Shown here in pieces: positions 1 through 10,526 of a stretch of DNA of 32,163 nucleotides. The translations under genes and the position numbers were made by a program. Position 1 is the stretch's first letter; each line of letters opens with the position of its first letter. The notes under the pieces are model-generated. The model worked only from the letters and a program-made list of their open reading frames with translations. It searched no databases and was not told the origin of the DNA. The DNA is from Basidioascus undulatus (taxonomy: Eukaryota), in assembly GCA_000826855.1 (NCBI GenBank), contig JTLS01000094.1, forward strand, positions 1-32,163, given 5' to 3'.

Positions 1-261
1 CGGTCCAAATGGTGCACCTGCGCGACGTCAAAGCTGACCTGGGGGTTCTCGCAATGCAGGCGGACAAGGGGGTACGCGTGCGCGTGCGCTCCCGGGCGGA
101 GAGAGGCAGGTGGGGGGGGGGGATACCTTTGGAAACGAGGTGAGCGGGATGGAAGATGGGGAAGGAAGGAAGAAGGGGGCGTACATGGGTTGCCGTGTCT
201 CGAGGGGCGGGTAGTACGCCGATGGGGAGGGCATGGGCATTGACGAAGCGGGGGGGGCCAT
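1..261 (-). CDS. 5' end of a spliced gene of unknown product, Pro/Ser-rich N-terminus, running off the window start
   Basis: ATG at 261. Exon 1 (261-127) is exactly 45 codons (MAPPASSMPM...TSFPK). It is followed by a GTATCC donor at 126, a TTGAC branch-like site and a CAG acceptor at 18. Exon 2 (17-1) continues in frame as VHHLD. Too short to assign a family. Confidence 0.6.
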
Positions 262-825
262 CGTGGTGTATGTACAACAGGGATGGAGAGCGTGATCCTA
301 ATCCACCTAATCACAGAGGCGCGCAGTAGAGCGAGGGAGCGGGGGAGCAGGTGGGCTCGAGTATCAGATGCGAGGAATGTCAGGGTCGTCCGGTCGGGAG
401 AGCAGGGGAAAGAGAGGGAAACGAACGTGGGTGTCGAGGTCGCGGTCGATGACGATGGAGAGCGCGCAGGAGGTGTGAACGCTCGTCCGCCTCCTCACCC
501 GCGCCGTTTTCGAAGCTCGAAGCATGCTGCAGCGGCGGCGGGCATACTTAGTGAGGCGATTATGAGGGGGCGCTGGGAACACGCGGGCGGGGGGAACGCG
601 TTAGACGCTAGGCCCGTTTCGGAAATGGGTCACGCAGCGACCTCGTTTCCGCGCTGGAGGGGCCATGGGGGTGAATTTTTTCTCATGAGAAGCTTGTTCG
701 AGGTTCTGGGTTCTTTGGTTGATGATAAGATGCGAGGGTGGGGTTGAAGTTTCTGAGGAATACGGGAGGAGGAGAGCGAAACATCAGTGAGCTAGAGCGG
801 ACCGCGTGTTGCCGCGCTGCCGGCG

Positions 826-871
826 GAGAAGCGTTGGTTGCGTTGCGTGAGAAGCGTTGGTTGCGTTGCGT
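826..871. repeat. Perfect 23-bp tandem duplication (GAGAAGCGTTGGTTGCGTTGCGT x2)
   Basis: Read directly at 826-848 and 849-871. Lies about 570 bp upstream of the minus-strand gene that starts at 261. Confidence 0.9.
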
Positions 872-1960
872 GAAACGGGGCGCCCTGAGGACGATGGCGT
901 CGCAATTTGTTTTTTTGTTTGCAGCTTCTGCCTTTGCAGACCTTTGCACTGGTGCATCCTGTCCTTAGAGAACGCAAGTGGGTCGTCTGGTAAGCCTGAA
1001 GATGAACAAAGAAGGCAGTCTTCGCGAAGACGTTCCAGACTGCCTGCGCTTTCAGTTACCGCAGTACCCTCTCTGCTTTCCCCATTCCTAGTCCCTAAAA
1101 CCTACTCTCATCAAGGAACTTCTTAATTTCTCCTCTCATATTTCTAATTTATACTGACACTTCCGCGATAGTTCGTCACAAGGAACGTGTCACAACGATC
1201 GAGGCTCTTTCTCGGTCAGCCTGCGTGCAACGGCTCTCCCGCCCTCCCCTCGGCTCGTCCACGACGCCGCATATTCCTGTCTCCTTATTGTTTCTTTTTT
1301 TAAAATACCGAAGCTGAGAGCGAGCGTCCCCCGTGCAATTCTGGTGTCTCTCAGTTAGGCTTGTCAATGCCGGCGCGGCCTGTGGAGGCGAAGGAAGCAG
1401 AGCTCGAGCGGGTGCTGCTTTCCCTTTCGCTTGAGTGGGTGTATCAGACTGCGCTTTCGTATATTCGGTAGCATAAATGAGTGAGAGAAGAAGACAAGGG
1501 CACACAAGGGCAGACTCGCTAGCCTATGCATCGTTGCAACCGCCTTGACAGAGCAAGCGCACACAGCGTCTGGCCCGTCTTGTGGCTTACCCTTCCTATC
1601 CCCGGCTCCCCCACTCACCAAAAGATTAATTGTGATGAATTTTTGGTTCTCCAGCTCCAGATACAGTCCTGTTGTGAGGTAGATCCAAGGTCAATTTCGC
1701 AACAAGCCCTGACGAGCTTTCCGCACAGAAACACGAGGGAGTGCCAGTCTACAGAAACGCCATGCCTACGAGCTCCGCATCTTGGATCTCCTTTTTCCCT
1801 TACAAATCTTTTTGAGTTCTACATGGGAGAGTGACCTGTGGATGCGGCTGGAGATTTTGCCGCCTCATTTTTCACACGGTCGACAGACAAGCAGCAAGTG
1901 CCCGCGCGTACTCTCCACGGGAGAGGTCATGTCGCTTGTTCTACAACAATTGTTCTGGAT

Positions 1961-2164
1961 TTATAGGGAATACGGTGTTAAGAATTTCCTGCACTTCTGA
2001 CTGAGGAGGTTTAGTGACTGGAGCTGCCACAGCAGTGATGGCCGGGAGGCCACTGTTATTGAAGTGATCCGATGGACGTCGACGTCGCTCAAGGACTTAT
2101 CTTGAACGCGGAGACCACATTTGATTACAAAAATAGATGATAGGGGGAAGGACAACCGTGGCAT
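1961..2164 (-). pseudogene. Possible highly decayed F-box-like gene N-terminus
   Basis: MPRLSFPLSSIFVI...LWQLQSLNLLSQKCRKFLTPY resembles the 'LxSLxLVSrxfRxxxxPxL' second half of basidiomycete F-box-like motifs seen in the other relics here. The frame then stops and downstream frames are broken. Weak inference. Confidence 0.3.
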
Positions 2165-2580
2165 CCGAGGTGCAGGCTACAACGCAAGTTTGTGGTCGTC
2201 GACTTGAAACTTCCAACGTAACTATCACAGCGTCAGCTCCGCCCATTCTAGCAGCACTCAAAATTAGGCGGAAACGAGCTTCACCGTGATGTGCCCTCCC
2301 GCTCGCAGGCGGCTTCGGGGATCAGAGTCGCCATCGCCGGGCGGTGCACTGAACGATAGCACGTAATCCGCAACGTTCACTGCTCCAACTAGAATTCAAG
2401 TCCAGAAAATTCCACAGAACCAGCTGCAATACGACGAGGCTGTGCTCTCGGGTTCGACTCCAAGCCCGCTCCTTCTCTGATTAATCGCGTCCTTTCATCA
2501 AAAGACTTGTCGCGACTCGTTGCTCTACTTTCTTTCCGTCAGAATTCACACTCCCCATTCTTGAAATAAAGATACGAAAG

Positions 2581-3743
2581 ATGCAGTCGGACGCGTCTCT
2601 GCCCGCGTACACGGAGGAGGACAAGGCAGCGGGCGGGTTCGAAGAAGGTGCGTCTCCTCTCACATGCTCCCCAACAACCTTCCCGCTTACCCACCTCCTC
2701 GAACCCCCCCAGAACTCGACATCAAAGAGCCGCCCTCGCTCAAGTTCACCTTCCACTCCGAGGGCTGGCATGATGTGAGCCTCGTCGAGGAGGCCGCCCC
2801 AGCGCGGGGGGAGGTCGCGTACTACGCGGACGTCCGGGGCTTCTTCAGCCAGAACATCCGTCTCCTCAACGGGGACAAGAACAGCGGCCGCCTCCTCGCT
2901 GTTGTTTCGAGGCAGAAGCGCCCGGGTGGGGAAACGGAGATCCAGATTGAGGGTGGGGGGGCGTACACGCATTATAGGAAGGACGGGGTGTTCACTCGGT
3001 GGGTCGTAGATTTGCCTATTCCACAGGTCTGTCTACAACCTAACGATTGGTCTTGCCTAGCTCCCGCTATCTCCGTCTGTCGGGTGCGAATCTTCCCTGC
3101 GGTTCCTGTAGTCCCGTGTAACTGATTGAACATGCCTCGCACAGACGGGACGGAGCTCAAGTGGAGTGTTTCTTTCTGGGGGCATTTGACTCTTTCCATA
3201 GTCGCTACCAAAACAGTGTGTTTCTTTTCAGCGCTTCCCAGCATACGTCTTGCTTATTGGTTGTCATCGCCCAGGTTCTCGCCCGCTTCTCCCTCGCGGT
3301 ACGTCCCAGATTTGTCTGACACTGCTGGAAAGCCGAGCTCTGTAGCAAACTGCAGTTGTGTAAACCATTCAGTTCTTCAACTTCTCACGTCGCGGCACGC
3401 TCGAGATCTGGGGAGACGGCGTCTACTACCGCGACCTGGTCATCGCCTCCGCCATCGCAGTACGCAGTTCCTAACCCGACTTTAATCGCCCAAGATACCT
3501 TTCACTTACAGACCATTCTTTCAGATGCAAGTGCGCGAGGAGGAGCACCGCTCGCCTGCCGCTGCAGACTCCCCTGATGACGGGGGTGGGGCTGCATCGT
3601 CCCGTGGCGGCGACCGTTGGGCGTCTTCAACCCGCGGCGGCTGGTGCGGGGGCCATGGTGAGGGTGGTGATGGAGCTGGTGATGGAGGTGGATGTAGTGG
3701 TGACGGCGGCGGGGGCGGAGGCGGAGGCGGGGGAGGTGACTGA
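2581..3743 (+). CDS. Hypothetical ~258-aa protein, probably fungal tubby-C/LURP-one-like (DUF6593-like) fold, with a Gly-rich C-terminal tail
   Basis: Seven exons with GT-AG introns join into an open 777-nt frame: 2581-2647, 2713-2998, 3061-3083, 3145-3215, 3275-3298, 3373-3459, 3525-3743. The protein has an N-terminal LPAY motif, then ...GTELKW...VLARF...RGTLEIWGDGVYYRDLVIASAIAMQVREEEHR, then poly-Gly. The fold call is pattern-based inference. Confidence 0.75.
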
Positions 3744-4556
3744 AGTTTAGAACGCTTGCATATTGATTACTTATCTCGCTTACATGTAATCCCTAATCGT
3801 TTAATCCTCCAATGAAACCAGGGCGTCTCGGGTTCTTGACGTTGACGTTTTACAAGAACAGTTCGATATAGCGAGAAAGGACCAACGACCATGACAGACA
3901 GTGCGAAGCCGCAAGGTGTCTTTCACACGCTGGCGATGCGTTGCCCCGTCCGGACTTGGACCCGTTGATTTCGTGTAGCCAAAGCATTATCATTATAAAT
4001 GACATATCAAGGCTCAGACTACGCGCGAAGGGCCCTGCACAGTCTACACCAAGCACCAAGTAGGCGTTTACAGCCCGCATCAGTGGCAGGGCTGTTTCCT
4101 GCTTCTGAAACGGATCCCCACGCACAATTCCAAAGGCATCCTACAGAGTGCTCAACAGCGATCGCTGAGAGCCTTCGATGCCGGTCGTCGCTGAGGCAAA
4201 AGCAACAAGTTCAACGTCGTTGAATCCCAAGAATTCAGCCGCGTACACTGATCAGAATCCAGGAAATTGCGGCAAACTAGTTCAATTTTCAAGGAGGTGC
4301 ACTCGTTATGTCGAGAGCGTTGAAACATTTTCTGGGCCGAAAGCCGGCTACATCGGGAACAGTCTGCTGGCGCGGAGGGGCTAGGGAAGAGGAAAGGGAG
4401 GGAGAAAAGGTCTCCTCAACAAAATACTGAAACAAAGGAGGTAAAGACTTCATGATGGGCACTGCAATGGAAAGTTGCATCCGCTTGCTGAAGAGCGAGT
4501 GGAAACGTCATGCCATTTCCCTTGTAAGCTTGTCCCCAGCCATCACGTCCTTGGAC

Positions 4557-5798
4557 ATGCCAGCCGCGCTAGTCCCAGGTATCATTCTGAATATCTCTAG
4601 CCATATTCCAGAATACCACATCGAAGACGTCTTGCATCGCCGTTCTACCTGCAAAGCGAAGCGCGCTCGGCTCTGCGAGCGCGCTCGGCTCTGCAAGCCT
4701 TGTGCGGCGCCTCGCGGGCTTTCCGCAAGCTCGTGCGGCCGACACTGTGGTCTGCCGTCGGGTTGACACACCATGACGAGCTGGGACAACAAACGTCTGC
4801 GTATCAAGCGGTTCATGAAGCTGCATGTTTACCGCTATGTTCTGTGGGTGAGCGTCTCATACATAGGTTCGCCTCGAGGCTGACGACTGGGCCGGCAACA
4901 CTACACGTCTACGCTGGCGACCCGCTCTTGCAGCCAGTCGCTGGGCAACTCGAGCTTCTCCTGGGCGGGATATGGAGACTTTCTGCTTGTCTTTGGGCTG
5001 GGTCCGCCGCATAACCTGCTCGCTGCGCCCCCGCACACTCATCATCGAACCCCCGTCCATGGGGCAGGTCGATCCGAAGCTGGCGGGGCTAGACACCTCA
5101 GCCGTCCGCAAACTAGATCTCTCTGTCGAGAACCTCATTCGCTCCCACTCGGGCTATCGTTATTCTAGGGACCTCGACTTCGAAGACCTTCCCGCAAAGG
5201 TTCAGCACTTCCCTAGCCTCTCGTTTCTCTCGCTCTCCGAGTGCAGACGGGCCCCTGGCATAGACAGATTCACTCCAGTCGAAGAGGTATGTGTTACTCA
5301 GCCTCCTTTTCCACCGTGAAGGTGTTGACTTGAAATGGCGAAAAGGTCATTCAATGCCTCGCCGAGCACGCCCCCCACCTCGAGGGCCTCACCATCGCGA
5401 CCCCCCCACGCGCAGCGCTTGCAGACCCGCCATCCGCCGAGGGAACGAAAGAGTAGCTTTCTCGGCTGGACTTCCGTCTCGCGGAAGCAATCAGAGACCA
5501 TGGGGACTCTGTGGAGTACCACGAAGCCCGCCGCCAGATTTCCGTCGCGCACGATGCGGTGGGGAAGGCGGATGTGGTGCTGCAAACAGTAAAGGAGCGG
5601 CTCAACGCCGAGGCGAGCGAGAACAGGCTCAGTCGCGCGGCTGCGGTAGCGCGAGAGTTTGCGAGGGGACTGGGGAGAGTGAAGGGGATCACGCTTAGCG
5701 AGTCTTGTGCGTTGCCGGGGCTGAGGAAGCACTGGTACGAGTATCGGGTGGAGCGTTTTGGAAAGGGAGAGGCGGACGTGGTCCTGGTGCGGGAGTGA
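4557..5798 (+). pseudogene. F-box/LRR-like pseudogene
   Basis: MPAALVPGIILNISSHI (ATG 4557) must change frame near 4635 to continue as ...ALQALCGASRAFRKLVRPTLWSAVGL, a typical F-box continuation. Further frame changes occur near 4765 and 4960. LRR-like segments follow (AVRKLDLS, FPSLSFLSLSEC, CLAEHAPHLEGLTI, FARGLGRVKGITL). There is an intron at 5287-5345 and an in-frame TAG at 5454-5456. Confidence 0.65.
4660..4695. repeat. 18-bp tandem duplication inside the F-box pseudogene
   Basis: AGCGCGCTCGGCTCTGCG followed by AGCGCGCTCGGCTCTGCA; duplicates ARSAL in the F-box frame. Confidence 0.9.
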
Positions 5799-5984
5799 GG
5801 CGCAGTGCGGTGAAAAAGTATACACAGTTCTAAGAGTCCGAATGCAAGACACTCGGCATCGTTGGTGTTACGATTGGTGCGACTGTAGATGCTCCTCATC
5901 GCGACCGAAATGAGTAAGAACGAACAAGCGAGAGAGCGTCCCTATATAAAGGCGCGGTGAGGACGTGATCGAAGTCGCCATCCA

Positions 5985-7264
5985 TTACGCCCCCAGCACA
6001 CCAACCAACCACCTCACGACCTCGGCCCACCGCTCCTCCTCCTCCCTCTCCTCCCAACCCCTCCATCGACGCTCTCCCTCGACCCGCTCCCCCTCCGCCT
6101 TCCCCTCCCTGAGCGGGTACACCTTGACCTTCGCGGCGCCCGCGCTCAAATCGAGGAAGACGCCTGCGAGTCCGGCGCGCACCAGGGGTATGCGCGAGAG
6201 TGGTAGCCCGGTGTGCGCTGTGAGGTGCGCGAAGAGCGGCAGGAGAATTGCGGAGGGGGGCGTGGAGAGTTGAAGTGCGGAGGAGAGTGGAACAGAGAGT
6301 GAGATGAGAGAGAGGGAGGGCGAGATGGGCGGCGGGAGGGAGAAGCCGAGGTCGAGGGGTCGGCGCTCGGTGCGGAAGTCTGGTAGGTATTTGGTTTCAG
6401 CATCAACGGCAGGGATAGGACCGAGAGTAGTAGAAAACGCAGCGCACCTCTGCCAGCCATCCGTGCCCACACGCCCTCTACGAACCCTTCTACCACGCCC
6501 TTCCCCACCGCAACGCCTGCCCTCCCGACGCGCGCATCGAACCGCTTCTCCACCCATTCCCTCACGAGCTGCCCAAGAGCCGGCGTCGCCGCCTTCTCCA
6601 TCAAGACCGGCCATCTTCGCATCTCCTCCTCCTCCTCTTCTTCCTCTAGCGCACTTGGCAAGAACACATAGAGCGACTTCTGCAGTCGCGCCTGGCCGCG
6701 CACAGGCGGCAGAAGGCTCGGGCTCTCGATTTCGATTCCGAAAGCGCCGGGGAGGAGCGAGGGTAAGGCCGGCCCGCATGAGACAGTTATGAGCTCGGGA
6801 GAGGCGTGCGCGAGGCTAAGGTGCGCGAGGAGGGAGGATGCGAGCACGGGGTAGTCGAGGGCTGAGGACGAGGAGGAGGGGTCGAGGGGGACGTTGAAGA
6901 GTGTACTCAGGGTATGGAGCTGAAATGTGCGCGAGAGGAGGGATTCTGGAGATGCACATAGGGCCGTCAGCGATCTCCAGGCGAACGGGGAGTGAGGGGA
7001 GGTGAAAGAAGACGCACCGACGCTCCGCCATGACTCATCATCGACCCTATCCACTTTGCGCTCCCTTACCTTCCCTTTTCCCTTCCCATTCCCATTTGCC
7101 CTGCCCCCAAGACGCGGCGCAGCGTCCCACGCGGGAGTCGCGCTGGTCTGCGCGTCGGAGCGCTTGATGCGCGGCGCGCGCGTGGGCCGGACGAGCGTGG
7201 AGGGGTCTGGCGGGTCGAGGAAGGGGAATGAGGAGGAGGGTGCCGCTGAGGTGCTGGGGCTCAT
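5985..7264 (-). CDS. Kinetochore CCAN subunit CENP-L/Fta1-like protein (~379 aa)
   Basis: Three exons (7264-7018, 6945-6448, 6379-5985; 1140 nt, open) with GTGCGT...GCTGAC...CAG and GTGCGC...CTGA...CAG introns. Motifs match my recollection of the CENP-L family: TFQLHTLSTLF, WPVLMEKAATPALGQLVREWVEKRFDARV, LDLGFSLP...ISLSVP, AHLTAHTGLPL...LVRAG...AKVKV. Confidence 0.75.
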
Positions 7265-7336
7265 CAGTGCGCGCTGCTGTGTGGGTGTGCAGGGGAGGGG
7301 CAAGGTGAAGGGTAAGGGCAAGGGGAAACGGCCAGG

Positions 7337-7376
7337 ACGCGTCGCGTCGGTTCGACGCGTCGAACTGGTTACGTAA
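7337..7376. promoter_or_regulatory. Cluster of MCB-type (ACGCGT) elements upstream of the CENP-L-like gene
   Basis: ACGCGT at 7337-7342 and 7355-7360, plus an extra CGCG at 7343. The second site sits in a perfect 16-bp palindrome GTTCGACGCGTCGAAC (7350-7365). A TTACGTAA palindrome lies at 7369-7376. All are 70-110 bp upstream of the ATG. Function is inferred from the ascomycete MBF paradigm. Confidence 0.5.
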
Positions 7377-7677
7377 GGAAACAGCCTCTTTCTTTTTCAC
7401 TATCGCATACTGAAGACAATGAGTTTCAGCTACACCTATTAAACCCAATAGAACAACCTTTGGATTCGTAGCGCGGACTGCGTCATGCTCCGTAATGGCT
7501 TGTGAGAATGCCGCAGGTCGCCCGGCCATTGCAGCAATGCATGCGCTCCATCTAAAAGCAGCGCTCGATCGACTCGTATATAGCCTATGTTCATGCATGC
7601 TCAAGAAGCTCTCGGAAGTGGTCAAACATCCCCCCCCCCCAAAAGTCCCTACCGACTGCCTCTACAATTCCCCCTTT

Positions 7678-8525
7678 TCATGGACACAACGACGTTCCGC
7701 GCTCCTCCCAGAGCGTGCCATCGATCGCCCAGTCCATCAGGTGTTCTTCGGCTGAATATACCGGAAGAAGAACTACTGCACTAATGCCGCCTTTGCTCCA
7801 CCATGTCTGGGAGCGGACCCGCAGGATGTGGATGTCGGGAATCTCGTGGTTCGAGCTATTGGAGACGGGTGCAACTTTTAACAAAGGCCTCGTGTTGGCG
7901 AAGGTATTGCGCATCGGAGGGTACTGATAGTGACACCTGGAACAGTGGATGATTGTCGGTTGTGATAAGAGGGGTCGAAGCCGGTAGCGACGCGTTGGGG
8001 GGTAGACACAGCGCTGCATCCACGCCAACTCCAAACTCGATGGGCCAGTAATCAGAGTAACGCTGAACGTTTTGCAAGTTCTTGAACTTCAAGGTAGATC
8101 CCAGACGTCCGGGAGAGACGTATCCCTTGAGCTGTGCCATGCCGCCAAGGGTTTCGAGAAAAGACGAATACGTTGCCGCATCTAAGTTGGGCTCATCTCC
8201 ACGCCACGGAGAGACGCGACGACCAGGGTAATAACGACGTTCAGCTGAGAAAGGGACCGGGTGCTGTGGTCTCCTGGAAAGCGCGGAAAGGGGAGCGAGT
8301 GGACCCTCGAAGCGAGCGTGACATTACTCTGCAGGGCAATCAAAAAGGCGTCGAGGAGACTTCCGCTCGAAATTACCACGAAATCGTACAGTATCCTGCT
8401 CGGGACATGAGGCAGAGCGAAGCAAGGGTCGGCCAGTCGCGGGTGTACGCGAGAGGGTGCGCTGGCTCAGCGGCGAGCTCGACGATGCGGTTCAGGAGCT
8501 CGGGAGGAAGATGTGGGACGGTCAT
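7678..8525 (-). pseudogene. F-box-like pseudogene (paralog of 29360-30052)
   Basis: ATG 8525 gives MTVPHLPPELLNRIVELAAEPAHPLAYTRDWPTLASLCLMSRA, a clear F-box-like motif. A frameshift near 8397 leads to RILYDFVVISSGSLLDAFLIALQSNVTLASRVHSL. Stops or frameshifts follow at 8182 and 7856 (KSCTRLQ*LE). The C-terminal fragment is ...LMDWAIDGTLWEERGTSLCP*. Confidence 0.7.
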
Positions 8526-8905
8526 GTTCCAGTATTCGATGCAGGTGGTTCGAGGGAGCTTCAGTCGGAGCTGGAGGACGGTGAGATCTCTAGAAGAACG
8601 TGGTTGAAGGGCAAGGGGCGCCCGCGAGGCGCCCGCGAGCTCGTGCTTGGGAGGACGCTGCACCGCGATGCTGAATGACCTCGGCGTACGTTATGTGCTT
8701 GTCATTCGGAAGATTGACAAGGCCCTGCGAGTCCCGGAACTTCGTATTCATGTGCGCATGATTGTGTACAGTTGCGAGAATACGGTTGCCACCCAAACAG
8801 CAAGTGAGACGAAAGTGTAATTAGAACTTGGAGGGGTAGTTCATTTTAACACTCAGCTACACTCATCGTTCGTTGACAATACAGTACCAAACCTCAACAA
8901 GCGTT

Positions 8906-8926
8906 CAACCCGCAACCCGCAACCCG
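8906..8926. repeat. Short tandem repeat (CAACCCG)x3
   Basis: Read directly; intergenic. Confidence 0.85.
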
Positions 8927-10526
8927 GCCCATCTCGTCCCATAACATCTAACGTGGCCTCATCGTCCAGTTCGTACAGCCTAAAAAAGGCAAGCAGAATC
9001 AAAGGGTGTCAGCTGCAGTCTGGAAGGCTGCTTGTTCTATAGAGTGTGGACGCAATCGGCGTCGACAGTGCGAGTGCGATCGACGGTAATGCTGCTGTGT
9101 CGATGAGGAGCACGTGGCTCATGTCGCCCCATTGTCCGGTACGAGCTTAGGGCCCTTAGCGTTGTCGACTTATCTAAATATATGTAATACTGTATGTAAG
9201 TCAGAAAAGCGAGATCACTGAGCCGCTGTGAATCGCAGTGCTGGAGCCTGACCCACGTCAAACGCGTTTGGCCCATCCCAAGACGTGTTCTCCAACTGTA
9301 CAGCCTTACCCATGCAGGAGCTGTATGAGAGATACGACTTCCCATGTACTTTGATTTGCGGTCCCTACCGCGGCACATCCTTCAACTCCCAGCCTCCGTT
9401 CTGCGCACAGAAGGCATGCAGTGTCTCCATGCACCTGCTTTCACACCTTCTCTCGCGTTGGGAACCTGTACCTGGCAGTCGCAGCAGGAACTTCAAGAGA
9501 CTTCAAACATGGAGGGTTCCTCTTGATCTTCTTGCAGTGGATGCGGACGATTTGATGTCCTGACGCTTGAACGAGGTGCTCCGCTGCAGTGAGAGGAAGG
9601 ACGTTCCTGTCCATTCTGCGGAGCTGTGGTGGCGGAAGAATGGGGTTGTTCAGAGTGAACCTGAATAGGAAGCAACGGTAAGCTTCCAAATTGGCGGAGT
9701 CGGGAGCAGGACAGCCGCGTTGGGGTCGACAGCCTGCTGGAGGAGCTTGTGTGATCGTCAATGCACTCCGCAACACTGCGATGGACTTGTAGGAAGCCTG
9801 TCACACCTAATATGCCGATATGAAAGGCTGGTCTGGGGGGCTAGATAGAAAAAACAAATCCACGAGTTAGGAACTTGACGTCCAGCTGTGCATGGTCCAA
9901 TGGTCCACGCGGAGGACGTGCGACCTCAAGGCGGTGACCTACACCAGCTCGGCATGCTCGCAGGGATATGAGCCGCCGGTATGGGCGGACCTAGTTTCCC
10001 AAGTCCTCTGCCTTTGAAACCATTCTCCACCTTCAAGCATACACAACCAGCGGCGCATTCCTCACCAGCCAAGCCAGCTTGCAAGGTTGGCGCGTGGACT
10101 CCCGGCGCAACTCGCCCGTTCGGGAACAAAAAGGCACATTTCGCGGTTTAAACCAATTGGGCAGGCAATCTCAAGGATTTTCTAACACAGCCATATTTTT
10201 GGCAAGCAATTTCAGTGTCGTGAGCGCGCACAATACTGACCCAGTCTGCGACTACAAAGCGAGGGACTGACGGACAAGTTGGTTGCCGCTCGGGCCGTCT
10301 GGTCGACGCTCAAGGCGCGACGTTGCTCTCCCTGCCTGGCTGCTCATCACCGAGCCCTTCCCCCGAGCCATCGCGCACGGCGTGCACGCGCAGATATCCC
10401 CGAGATCAATATTCCATTCTCAACCACACGCCATCACCGTCCATCCCCAGTACTGGCGCCCCCCTCCGACTGCCGCACCCCGCAGCTTATCGGCCGCCAT
10501 AGGCCTCCGCCTTGTCCCCGCCAGCC

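Noticed and set aside
283..747. 154-aa plus-strand ORF
   Set aside because: No recognisable motifs; overlaps the probable 5' UTR/promoter of the minus-strand gene and is expected by chance in GC-rich DNA.
1636..1650. Sm-site-like AATTTTTGG
   Set aside because: No flanking snRNA sequence or stems recognised.
2451..2461. GGTTCGACTCC B-box / tRNA T-loop match
   Set aside because: The T-stem does not pair and no acceptor stem or cloverleaf is visible; at most an isolated TFIIIC-like site.
5941..5952. TATATAAA TATA-like box
   Set aside because: Lies between two convergent 3' ends with no plausible downstream plus-strand gene; more likely a 3'-end element or chance.
9200..9830. Minus-strand fragments (PCLKSLEVP, METLHAFCAQNG) resembling an LRR/F-box C-terminus
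   Set aside because: Too degraded to support a call without a homology search.
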